A program made the translations under genes and the position numbers. 64,000 nt of DNA from an uncultured delta proteobacterium (GTDB taxonomy: Bacteria; Myxococcota_A; Polyangia; Fen-1088): the NCBI GenBank assembly GCA_963767925.1, contig CAVYGB010000008.1:288001-352000 (forward strand), in the 5' to 3' direction. Shown here one piece after another: positions 25,641 through 34,949 of this stretch (its first letter is position 1; every line of letters starts with the position of its first letter). The notes under the pieces are model-generated. The model was not told the origin of the DNA. It worked only from the letters and a program-made list of their open reading frames with translations, and did not search any database.

Positions 25641-26612
25641 CTATCTCCGGGCGCGCCGCCGCCCGCTCAGGAAGGCGCGCAGCACCTCGGCGGGGGGAGC
25701 GTCGGTGGTGGTGAAGCGGTACTCCACACCGATCTCGACGCAGGCCCGCCGCCAGCGCTCACGGAAGGCGCTCGACTCCGAGCGGAAGGCCTGGCGCAGC
25801 TCGCTCGCCTCGGCGAGCAGGTTGCGCCCGTCGCCGGGTTCCATGGCCTCGAAGAACATGAGGTCCTCGAAGGGCAGCTCGACCTCGTCGCGATCGAGCA
25901 GATGAAAGACCACGACGTCGTGCCCGCGGGCCGCCAGGTTGGCCAGTCGCTCGGCGACGGGGCCGCGGGCGCCGGGCCGCTCGGGCGAGGTGGATCCCGG
26001 CGGGCCCCCCGCCTCGGCGTCGAGCAGATCGGAGAAGATGAGGACGAGGCTGCGCTTGTCGGCCAGCTCCCCCACCTGCCCGAACACCCGATCGGCAGAG
26101 GTCTTGCCGCCCGGAGGGGCCGTCTCGAGCAGGCGAAAGATCTCCCGCACCTGGCCCGAGCGTGTGCTGGGAGGGAGGTAGTGCCGGGTCTGATCGTCGA
26201 ACAGCAGCAGGCCGGCGGGATCCCCTTGCTGGCCGAGCAGGTAGGCCACCGCGCTCGCCAGGTAGCCGGCGTAGGTCAGCTTGCTGACCCCGGCGCGGCC
26301 GTAACCCATGGAGGCCGAGGCGTCGACCACCAGGAAGGTCCGCATCTCGGTCTCGTCCTCGAAGCGCTTGACGTAGTAGCGGTCGACGCGGCCAACCGCC
26401 TTCCAGTCGATGCGGCGGATCTCGTCGCCGGGGGCGTACTCCTTGTGCTCGGTGAACTCCATCGAGGTGCCGGCGTGCAGGTTGTGGTGCATGCCGGAGA
26501 AGGCCCCCTCCACGATGACGCGCGCCCGCAGCGACAGGGTCGCCAGGCTGGCCAGCGCCACGGGATCGAGGGCCAGCCCGCTCGGAACGGAGGGGACAGG
26601 TTCGGTCGACAA
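25641..26612 (-). CDS. DUF58 domain protein
   Basis: G-H...GTSMEFTEHKEYAPGDEIRRIDWK, YVKRFEDET, VDASASM and IFSDL. Confidence 0.92.
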   Translation of the reverse strand: MSTEPVPSVPSGLALDPVALASLATLSLRARVIVEGAFSGMHHNLHAGTSMEFTEHKEYAPGDEIRRIDWKAVGRVDRYYVKRFEDETEMRTFLVVDASASMGYGRAGVSKLTYAGYLASAVAYLLGQQGDPAGLLLFDDQTRHYLPPSTRSGQVREIFRLLETAPPGGKTSADRVFGQVGELADKRSLVLIFSDLLDAEAGGPPGSTSPERPGARGPVAERLANLAARGHDVVVFHLLDRDEVELPFEDLMFFEAMEPGDGRNLLAEASELRQAFRSESSAFRERWRRACVEIGVEYRFTTTDAPPAEVLRAFLSGRRRARR

Positions 26613-26618
26613 GGGGCC

Positions 26619-27662
<1,044 letters not shown>

Positions 27663-27844
27663 GGAGTCTCCCGATCGCAGGGGTGCCCCATGGGGTATCA
27701 CCCGGGCCACTGTGGCCCCGGGCCCCTCGTCCGGTCGGTCCTGCGGAGCGCGCCTAAAGGGGGCCTTGTGCTGCTCGGACATTCTGATTCAAGAGAATGC
27801 CACGCGTCGGCAGCGGTCGCAAAGAGGGTAATCCGGATTTCATT

Positions 27845-27926
27845 CGATCTTTTGCTCCGCTCTTTTACCCCGCTCTTTTACCCCGCTCTTTTACCCCGCT
27901 CTTTTACCCCGCTCTTTTACCCCGCT
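27845..27926. repeat. 13-bp tandem repeat (CGCTCTTTTACCC): five exact copies, a partial copy and one degenerate leading copy
   Basis: Exact units at 27858, 27871, 27884, 27897 and 27910; partial CGCT at 27923; CGATCTTTTGCTC at 27845. Confidence 0.95.
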
Positions 27927-28232
27927 TGTGTCGGCGCTCGGTTCGCGGTGACCGAGCGTGGGACGACATTGCGTGGGACGAGGTGGTTTGCGGTTTCGGT
28001 GTGGTTCCGGCGAGCAGATTGGGCGCAGCTCCGCCCATCTGATCGGGGTCACTGTGGCACGCCCACTCGTTCCACTGCGTGTTCCGCAGCGTGTTTCTTT
28101 CCTTGGGTGGTCTCGCGGCTGGACGGTGTTGTTCGGCGCGGTGGTTCGGCGTCGTTGTTTGACGTCGTTGCTGGCTCGCGGCCCAGCGTCGTTGCTGGCC
28201 CGCTGGTCGGGCCTCGTCGGGATCGTTGCTGG

Positions 28233-29138
28233 CTAGTCGTCGTACTGCTCGCCGCAGCGGCGCACGAGCAGCGGGGTTAGCGACCCGGCGCGCAGGACCG
28301 GGTGCAGGCGCGCGCCCCGCCCGGCGGCGGTGGCTTCGGGGCTCACCTCGTGATCGAGCACGCCGACGACCTCGACGTCGTCGCCGGGGCCGAGGCTCGT
28401 CTCGCCGAAGATCACCTCGGTCATGGCGCCCCGGCGGTCGGCGCTGGCCCGCCGGCGCAGGGGGCTCGGCAGCGTCTGCATGTTGCGCCCCCAGAACAGC
28501 GGGCGCGTCTCGGGAGGTTGGGGGAGAAAGTAGACGCTGCGCACCCTCACGCTGAGCGCCTCGCCGCTCGGCAAGTCGACCGCGAAGTCGAAGCCCCGGG
28601 TCTCGTGCCAGGGCCGCTCCAGCCCATCGGTGATGTGCCCGGTCACGTAGGTCACCGTGCCCGCGTAGCAGGCGACCACCGCGGGGCGGCGCAGCCCGGC
28701 GGTCTCGAAGGTCGCACCTTCGCGCACCCGACCGCGGATCTTCACGACGTCGCCCCGGCGGCGCTCGGCCAGCGATCGGGTGAACGGCCGCCGGGCAGCC
28801 AGGCGGCGCAGCCGCCGCTCGGCCAGCACCGGGGCGCACAACATCGGCAACACGGAGGACACGTAGAGCCAGACCAGCAGCTCGGGGTAGTGGCTGGCGG
28901 TGAGCAGGCCGGAGGCCATCCCCAGCAGGGAGAACATCGAGGCGCCCACCAGGGTGCCACGGGTCCCCGGCGGCAGGAGCTGCCAGGGGCGGGTCCGCTC
29001 GACCCGCCGGAGCAGCCAGCCGCGCGCGACCGGGTCGAGGGCCCCACCGTCGGGCGGCACCGGCCGCTCGTGAGGCGCATGAGTCGCTGCCGGCTCCCCC
29101 TGTCCCCGCAACGCCAAAGGCCCCCCAGCGTCTTCCAC
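28233..29138 (-). CDS. Hypothetical membrane protein (two TM helices plus GIDE-like beta domain)
   Basis: Two hydrophobic helices, then VVKIRGRV...DFAV...ETSLGPGDDVEVVG. Domain resemblance is tentative. Confidence 0.55.
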   Translation of the reverse strand: MEDAGGPLALRGQGEPAATHAPHERPVPPDGGALDPVARGWLLRRVERTRPWQLLPPGTRGTLVGASMFSLLGMASGLLTASHYPELLVWLYVSSVLPMLCAPVLAERRLRRLAARRPFTRSLAERRRGDVVKIRGRVREGATFETAGLRRPAVVACYAGTVTYVTGHITDGLERPWHETRGFDFAVDLPSGEALSVRVRSVYFLPQPPETRPLFWGRNMQTLPSPLRRRASADRRGAMTEVIFGETSLGPGDDVEVVGVLDHEVSPEATAAGRGARLHPVLRAGSLTPLLVRRCGEQYDD

Positions 29139-29208
29139 CCATGGAGTCTAGCCAACGAAGACCCCTGGCGCACCGCCGGGTTGGGGGGTGATTATTACCG
29201 GCGCCCGC

Positions 29209-29535
29209 TCAGCCGGGGCCCTGGCGGGCGGCCGTGCAGGCCGGACAGGGGCACTTCGCGCGCAGGTCCCGGAAGCTGTAGATGCCGGTGCTGTGCCCGT
29301 CGCTCCATTCCATGGAGACGCCGTATTGGCCCACCAGCTCGATGCCTTTGGCCCGGATATTCTGGGGAACCTTCGCCGGATCGAGCAGCGGTCGACCGGA
29401 GGTTTCCTCCACGCAACTGGCGCAGCGACAGGCGAGGCGCAGGTCGCGGGCGCCGAACACCGTCTCGTGGCCGTCGGGCCATTTGAAGGTGATCTTCGAG
29501 CGGAGGAGACCGACGATCTCGTCGGGGATGGGCAT
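29209..29535 (-). CDS. DUF971 / GBBH N-terminal-like zinc-binding protein
   Basis: WPDGHET...[10 protein letters not shown]...VGQYG...[12 protein letters not shown], plus a C-terminal CPCPAC. Confidence 0.88.
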   Translation of the reverse strand: MPIPDEIVGLLRSKITFKWPDGHETVFGARDLRLACRCASCVEETSGRPLLDPAKVPQNIRAKGIELVGQYGVSMEWSDGHSTGIYSFRDLRAKCPCPACTAARQGPG

Positions 29536-29613
29536 GGCTCCCCAGCTTAGCTCACTCTCGTCCCGGTCGACCCACATGGTACGTTCGGGTCTCCGAAGAA
29601 CCCCGAAGACAGC

Positions 29614-30704
29614 ATGACGGCAGAGAGCGCAGCGGAGACCGAGGACCAGGCGTCGTTGCTGCGCGCTGCCCTGGAGGCGACCGCGGATGGCATCCTGGTC
29701 ATCGACCGGCTGGGCAACGTCGTCACCTACAACGAGCGGTTCCTCGAGCTGTGGCGGATCCCCCCGAGCTGGCTCGCCAGCGAGACAACCCCGGGCTGAT
29801 CCAGTTCGTCCGCGATCAGCTCACCGACCCGGTCGCCTTCTACGAGAGCACCCGGGAGAACCAGGCCAACCCCGAGCGGGAGTTCTTCCTCGTCCTGCGC
29901 TTCAAGGACGGACGGGTCTACGAGCGCTTCTCCCGGCCCCAGCGCCGGGACGGCGAGGTGATCGGGCGGGTGCTGACCTTCCGGGACGTGAGCGAGCGGG
30001 AGCGGCTGCTCGAGCAGGCCCAGGAGGCGGTCCGCCTGCGCGACGAGTTCCTCTCCATCGCGGCCCACGAGATCCGGGGGCCCATCACCTCGATGCGACT
30101 GGCGGTGCAGAGCCTGCGGGCGGGCAGCCTGCCGGCCGAGGCCGTCCCCCAGTCGCTCGACATCATCGATCGCAGCCAGCGCCGGCTGGCCGATTTCGTC
30201 GAGAAGCTGCTCGACCTGGCTCGCTTCCAGACCGGCGCTCTGCAGCTCGACCTCGAGCCGATCGATCTCGCCGAGGTGGTAAAAGACGTGGTCTCCCGGC
30301 ACCAGGTGGAGCTGCAGCGGTCCGGCTCGATCCTCAGCGTGCGCGCCGAGACCGCGGTGGTCGGTCAGTGGGACCGGCTGCGGCTCGACCAGATCGTCAC
30401 GAACCTGTTCTCCAACGCCATCAAGTTCGGGGCGGGAAAGCCGATCGCGATCGAGGTCCGGGCCGAGCCGACCCGGGGGCTGCTGATCGTGGCCGACCAG
30501 GGCATCGGCATCGCCAGCGAAACGCAGCGTCGCCTGTTCCGCCCTTTCCAGCGGGGGGTCTCGATCCGCCACTACGGCGGCCTGGGCCTCGGCCTGCATA
30601 TCGTGCAGACGATTGTCGAGGCGCTGGGCGGGACGGTGGCCTTGACCAGCGCGCCCGGGGCGGGCTCGACCTTCCAGATCGCGCTGCCCCGGGAGCAGGC
30701 CTGA
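29614..30704 (+). CDS. PAS-domain sensor histidine kinase; frameshift near 29780
   Basis: PAS start [12 protein letters not shown]...YNERFLELW lies in 29614..29799 and continues as DGRVYER...FRDVS, H-box [21 protein letters not shown] and GLGLGL. Confidence 0.88.
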
Positions 30705-30797
30705 GGGGACGCCGGCCAGGAAAAAGCGGCGGTCAGCGTCGTGCAAAAAGCGTTGACCGTTTCGGCGCGGTCAGGAAAATGGCCCGCGAGAAGTGTC

Positions 30798-31181
30798 GTG
30801 AGCCGCGCAGCGAAGAACGGATCGAAGCGGATCGCCGTGATCGACGATGACCAGGACATCCGGACGATGGTCTCCTGGGTCCTCCGGCGCGAGGGGTTCA
30901 CGGTCGAGGCGTTCGCCGACGGACGCTGCGCGCTCGATTCGGCCACCGAGGCGCCCGATCTGATCCTGCTCGACTACATGATGCCCCGGCTCAACGCGCC
31001 CGAGTTCCTGGCGGCCCGCAAGGAGCATTCGGTCCTGCGCGATCCGCCGGTGGTGGTCATCTCCGCCTACCCGGAGCTGGCCGACACCGTGGTGGCCGAG
31101 ACGGTGGGGGTCGTGCACAAGCCGATCGACCTCGAGATCCTGGTGGAGTGCGTGCGCTACCACTGCCGGGTGAGCGCCTAG
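30798..31181 (+). CDS. Single-domain response regulator (receiver)
   Basis: IAVIDDD, PDLILLDYMMP, VVVISA and HKPID. Start uncertain (30741-30798). Confidence 0.85.
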   Translation: MSRAAKNGSKRIAVIDDDQDIRTMVSWVLRREGFTVEAFADGRCALDSATEAPDLILLDYMMPRLNAPEFLAARKEHSVLRDPPVVVISAYPELADTVVAETVGVVHKPIDLEILVECVRYHCRVSA

Positions 31182-31252
31182 CCCGCTCTCGCCGTGAGGC
31201 ACCAGGGACTGTTTTCGAAGTAGTCGGGTCCCCTCGCTTCGCTCGAGCCCGA

Positions 31253-31417
31253 CTAGTCCCCTGGAACGGTGAAGGCTTGCATATGTCGGCGAGGCATCTT
31301 CGTTCCTGGCAAGGCGCGAGGAGGGCGAATACCGGGCGTATTTAACCGACGAGCAACGCAGCCAGGGACGAAGAGGACCGGCGAGATATGCAAGAAATCA
31401 CCGTTCCAGGGGACTAG
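31253..31417. mobile_element. MITE-like non-autonomous palindromic element flanked by CTAG
   Basis: Perfect 20-bp inverted ends CTAGTCCCCTGGAACGGTGA / TCACCGTTCCAGGGGACTAG, with imperfect symmetry extending to about 57 bp. No transposase. Confidence 0.7.
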
Positions 31418-33318
31418 GCGGGAGCGAAGCCGAAGACCCGGCCGTAGAAGGCCAGCTCCGCCGACATCACCTGGCGGAGCGTCTCGGCCCGGCGGAAGCC
31501 GTGTTGCTCGCCGGGGAAGGCGTGGTATTCGGCGGGCAGGCCCCGCGCGCGCAGGGCCTGGTACAGGCCTTCGGTCTGGTCGGGGGGCACCACCCGGTCG
31601 TCCAGCCCCTGAAAGAAGATGACGGGCGCGCGCAGGCGGTCGGCGTGGGTGATGGGCGAGCGCTCCCGGTAGAGGTCGGGCCGCTCGGCGAAGGGGGCGA
31701 TCAAGCTGTCGGTGTAGTGGGATTCGAACTTGTGGGTCTCCCGGGCCAGGGCGGCGAGATCGCTGATTCCGTAGTGGCAGGCCCCGGCGGCGAAGCGGTC
31801 CGTCCCCACCAGCGCCGCCAGCACGGTGTAGCCGCCCGCGCTGCCGCCGCGGATGGCGATCCGGCGGGGATCGACGCGGCCCGCGTCGCACAGGGCCTGG
31901 GCGCCGGCCCGGCAATCGTCGACGTCGTAGACGCCCCAGTTGCCCTTGAGGCGATCGCGGTAGACCCGGCCATACCCGGTGCTGCCCCGGTAGTTGACGT
32001 CGAGGACGGCGAACCCGCGCGTCGTCCAGAACTGGACGGCGGGGCTGAAGGCGGGCGCACCCAGGGAGGTGGGGCCGCCGTGCACGAGCACGAGCAGGGG
32101 CGGTTGCTCCCCGGGCGGCGGCTGCACCGCCGGGTTCCGGGGCGGATAGAAGAAGGCGTGGGCGGTGTCCCCCGCGCTGGTGGGAAAGGCGATCGGCTCG
32201 GGGAAGGAGACGTGGGCCGGATCGAGCAAGCTGGCCATCGCCGTCCGCAGCACCGTGATCCCGGCGCGGCGGTGGGTCCCCTCCCGGTCGAGCAGCGCGA
32301 CGGCGGCGGGTCGATCGGCGAACCCGACCAGCAGCGCGGCCCGGCCCCGCCGGGCCACCAGGTGCCCGACAGCCGTGAGATCCGAGGCGATCGGGCGCAC
32401 CTCCCCGCTCTCGAGGTCGCAGGTGTGGAGCCGGCCGCGCCCGGCTTCGATCGCCGCGAACAGCGCCGTCCGCTCGTCGAGGAAGCCCCAGGTGGAGGCG
32501 CCCAGGTTCCACAGGGGCGTGCCCAGCTCGGCCGGCAGGTCGGTCACGGGGCGGGGCCCGGGGTGGCCCTCGCGCCAGAGGTTCCAGTAGCCGTTCGCCT
32601 CGTACAGGAACCACAGGACGCCGTCCGCGCCGAAGGCGGGTTGCTGGGCCGAGGCCCGGGCATCGCCCGCAAGGTGCCGGGGCGGCCCGGGGCGGCCCGC
32701 GCCGTCGAGGTCGGCCACCTGCAGGGAGGCGGCGTCCCAGGGCAGGTGGGGATGGTTCCAGGACAGCCAGGCCAGGCGGGCTCCGTCGGGGCTGGGGGTG
32801 GGCGCGGCGTAGAAGTCCGCGCCCCGGACCAGGACCTCGACCGCGCCGCTGGCCCGATCGATGGCCAGGAGGGCGTTCTCGGGCTCATCACCGGGCCGGT
32901 CGCGCTCGCCCACGGCCAGCAGGCGGGGGCGCGCCGGGTCCACGACGAGGTCGCCGAACCGCCAGTCTGCGGTCGTGAGGCGGACGGGCTGCCCGCCCGG
33001 GGGCTGGCGGTAGATCGCCTGGTCGGACAGCTCGACGAAGAAGACCTCGGGCCCCGGCGCGACGGCGTAGGCTCCGCCGCCGTATTCGTGAACCCGGCTG
33101 CGGACGTTGCCCGGCGGCGGGACGACGTCGGCGATGGTGCCGTCGGCTTGCCGGCGCACGAGGACGGTGCGGCCGCCCTCGGCCGGGCGCCCCTCCAGCC
33201 AGAACACCGAACCGTCGTCGGCGAGGGTGGGGCTGCCGAGCCGCAGGGCGGCCCGGGAGAGATCCTCCGGAGACAGGGGCGAGGGCCAGGCGCCGTGGGG
33301 GCGGGTGTCAGGTGACAT
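31414..33318 (-). CDS. S9 family peptidase (dipeptidyl aminopeptidase/acylaminoacyl peptidase)
   Basis: HGAWPSP, RVHEYGGG, HGGPT, VNYRGSTGYG, nucleophile GGSAGG, QGLDDRVV and EQHGFR. Confidence 0.93.
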   Translation of the reverse strand: MSPDTRPHGAWPSPLSPEDLSRAALRLGSPTLADDGSVFWLEGRPAEGGRTVLVRRQADGTIADVVPPPGNVRSRVHEYGGGAYAVAPGPEVFFVELSDQAIYRQPPGGQPVRLTTADWRFGDLVVDPARPRLLAVGERDRPGDEPENALLAIDRASGAVEVLVRGADFYAAPTPSPDGARLAWLSWNHPHLPWDAASLQVADLDGAGRPGPPRHLAGDARASAQQPAFGADGVLWFLYEANGYWNLWREGHPGPRPVTDLPAELGTPLWNLGASTWGFLDERTALFAAIEAGRGRLHTCDLESGEVRPIASDLTAVGHLVARRGRAALLVGFADRPAAVALLDREGTHRRAGITVLRTAMASLLDPAHVSFPEPIAFPTSAGDTAHAFFYPPRNPAVQPPPGEQPPLLVLVHGGPTSLGAPAFSPAVQFWTTRGFAVLDVNYRGSTGYGRVYRDRLKGNWGVYDVDDCRAGAQALCDAGRVDPRRIAIRGGSAGGYTVLAALVGTDRFAAGACHYGISDLAALARETHKFESHYTDSLIAPFAERPDLYRERSPITHADRLRAPVIFFQGLDDRVVPPDQTEGLYQALRARGLPAEYHAFPGEQHGFRRAETLRQVMSAELAFYGRVFGFAPA

Positions 33319-34909
33319 CGTCGGTGTGTAGCTGGGTCGGCAGGTTGACGACGAAGGTGGAGCCGGCTCCCGGCTGGCTCGTCACGGCGATGGTACCGCC
33401 GTGGGCCTCGACGAGCTGCCGGGCGATGTACAGCCCCAGCCCGAGGCCGCCGAAGTGGCGGGCCGGGACGGCGCGGGCGAAGCGATCGAAGATGCGGTCG
33501 ACCTCCTCCCGCGGCACCCCGATCCCCTCGTCGCGCACGGCGAGCAGCGCCCGGTCCTGTTCGGTGTGCAGCGACACCCGGATCGGCTTTCCCGCCCCGT
33601 ATTTGATGGCGTTGGCCAGCAGGTTGCCCGTCACCTGCTCGATGGCGAGGGGGTCCCAGGCGCCGTTGACGGCCGGGCCCGCCTCGACGGTGAGGGCGCA
33701 GCCGGCCTGCTGGGCCTGCTCGGTGAAGCGGTCGACGACCTCGTTCACCAGGGCGCGCAGGTCCAGCCGCTGGCGTTCGGGCCTGGGGCGGCCGCTGCGG
33801 AGCTGCGAGACCTCGAGCAGGCGGTTGACGAGCTGGGTGAGGCGCTCGACCTGGCGGGTGGCGCGGGAGGCGCGCTGGGCGAGCGCCTCGACGGCGCCGG
33901 GCGCGGGAGGGGCGGCGGCGGTCTGCAGCAGCCGCCGCTGCAAGGTGCCGAGCTCGAGCGCCAGGGCGGCCAGGGGCGTGCGCAGCTCGTGGCCGGCGAT
34001 CGAGAGGAACTCGTCCCGGATGGCCACCGCCTCGCCCAGGGCCCCCTGGACGCGGGTGCGCTCGGCCTCCACCGCCCCCAGCAGGAGGGCGCCACCGGAC
34101 GCGATCCCCATGAACACCTGCAGCATGAGCAGCCCCTCGTGGAGCTGGGGGCGGGCAAAGGGCCCCCAGCCGACCGCGGTGGCGGCGATGGCCGCGACCG
34201 AGACCACGAAGGTAGCCCGGACGCCGGCCCGCTGCCCCAGCCGGAAGGTGGTCCAGACCACGGCGGGGAAGATCAGGAACGGGAGCTGGAAGCTCAGCCC
34301 GTCGGCCTGTCGGCCGCCGAATACCAGGCCGATCGACAGCGCGGTGAAGGCGACCAGGAGCAGGCGCTCGGCGCGCGGCCGCCCGGGGAGCCGCCGGTCG
34401 CGGACCGGGAAGGTGATCAACAGGGGCGCCACCACGAGCGCGCCCAGGGTATCGCCGATCCACCAGGCGCGCAGCGCGGGCCACATCTGGTCGGCGGCGA
34501 CGACCGACGCCAGCCGCAGGCTCGCCACCCCGATCCCCGCGCTCAGCAGGGGGGTGGCGAGGGCGGCGGCCCCCAGGAGGGCGACGTCGCGCACCCGCCC
34601 GAGGCTGGCCTCGAATCCGAAACGGCGCAGCAGCCGGACGGCAATCGCCGCCTCGAGGGTGTTGCCCAGCCCGACCGCCAGGGCGGCGAGGGGGGGAGCC
34701 CCTACCCAGAGGTTGGCGGCCACCGCCCCCAGGAGGACACCGGGCCAGAGCGCGCTGCCGCCCAGGAGGAGCGCGGCGAGGGCCAGACCGGTGGGGGGCC
34801 AGACCGGCGCGGCGAAGCCGCTGACCGCGTCGAGGGCCAGGCCCAGGCGGGCGGCGGCCAGGTAAGCCCCTGCCAGGAGCAGGCAGCTGACCACCAGGCG
34901 CGCTCGCAC
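33308..34909 (-). CDS. MASE1-domain sensor histidine kinase
   Basis: MASE1 motifs VWPPTG, GNTLEA and WWIGDTLG; H-box AGHELRTPL, NAIKY, DEGIG and GLGLGL. Confidence 0.9.
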   Translation of the reverse strand: MRARLVVSCLLLAGAYLAAARLGLALDAVSGFAAPVWPPTGLALAALLLGGSALWPGVLLGAVAANLWVGAPPLAALAVGLGNTLEAAIAVRLLRRFGFEASLGRVRDVALLGAAALATPLLSAGIGVASLRLASVVAADQMWPALRAWWIGDTLGALVVAPLLITFPVRDRRLPGRPRAERLLLVAFTALSIGLVFGGRQADGLSFQLPFLIFPAVVWTTFRLGQRAGVRATFVVSVAAIAATAVGWGPFARPQLHEGLLMLQVFMGIASGGALLLGAVEAERTRVQGALGEAVAIRDEFLSIAGHELRTPLAALALELGTLQRRLLQTAAAPPAPGAVEALAQRASRATRQVERLTQLVNRLLEVSQLRSGRPRPERQRLDLRALVNEVVDRFTEQAQQAGCALTVEAGPAVNGAWDPLAIEQVTGNLLANAIKYGAGKPIRVSLHTEQDRALLAVRDEGIGVPREEVDRIFDRFARAVPARHFGGLGLGLYIARQLVEAHGGTIAVTSQPGAGSTFVVNLPTQLHTDDVT

Positions 34910-34949
34910 CGCCGCAGCATGAAGGAGCCCGCCGTGGGGCGCAAGCCGG

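Noticed and set aside
27845..27926. CRISPR array
   Set aside because: Units are 13 bp and contiguous with no spacers, and there are no cas genes.
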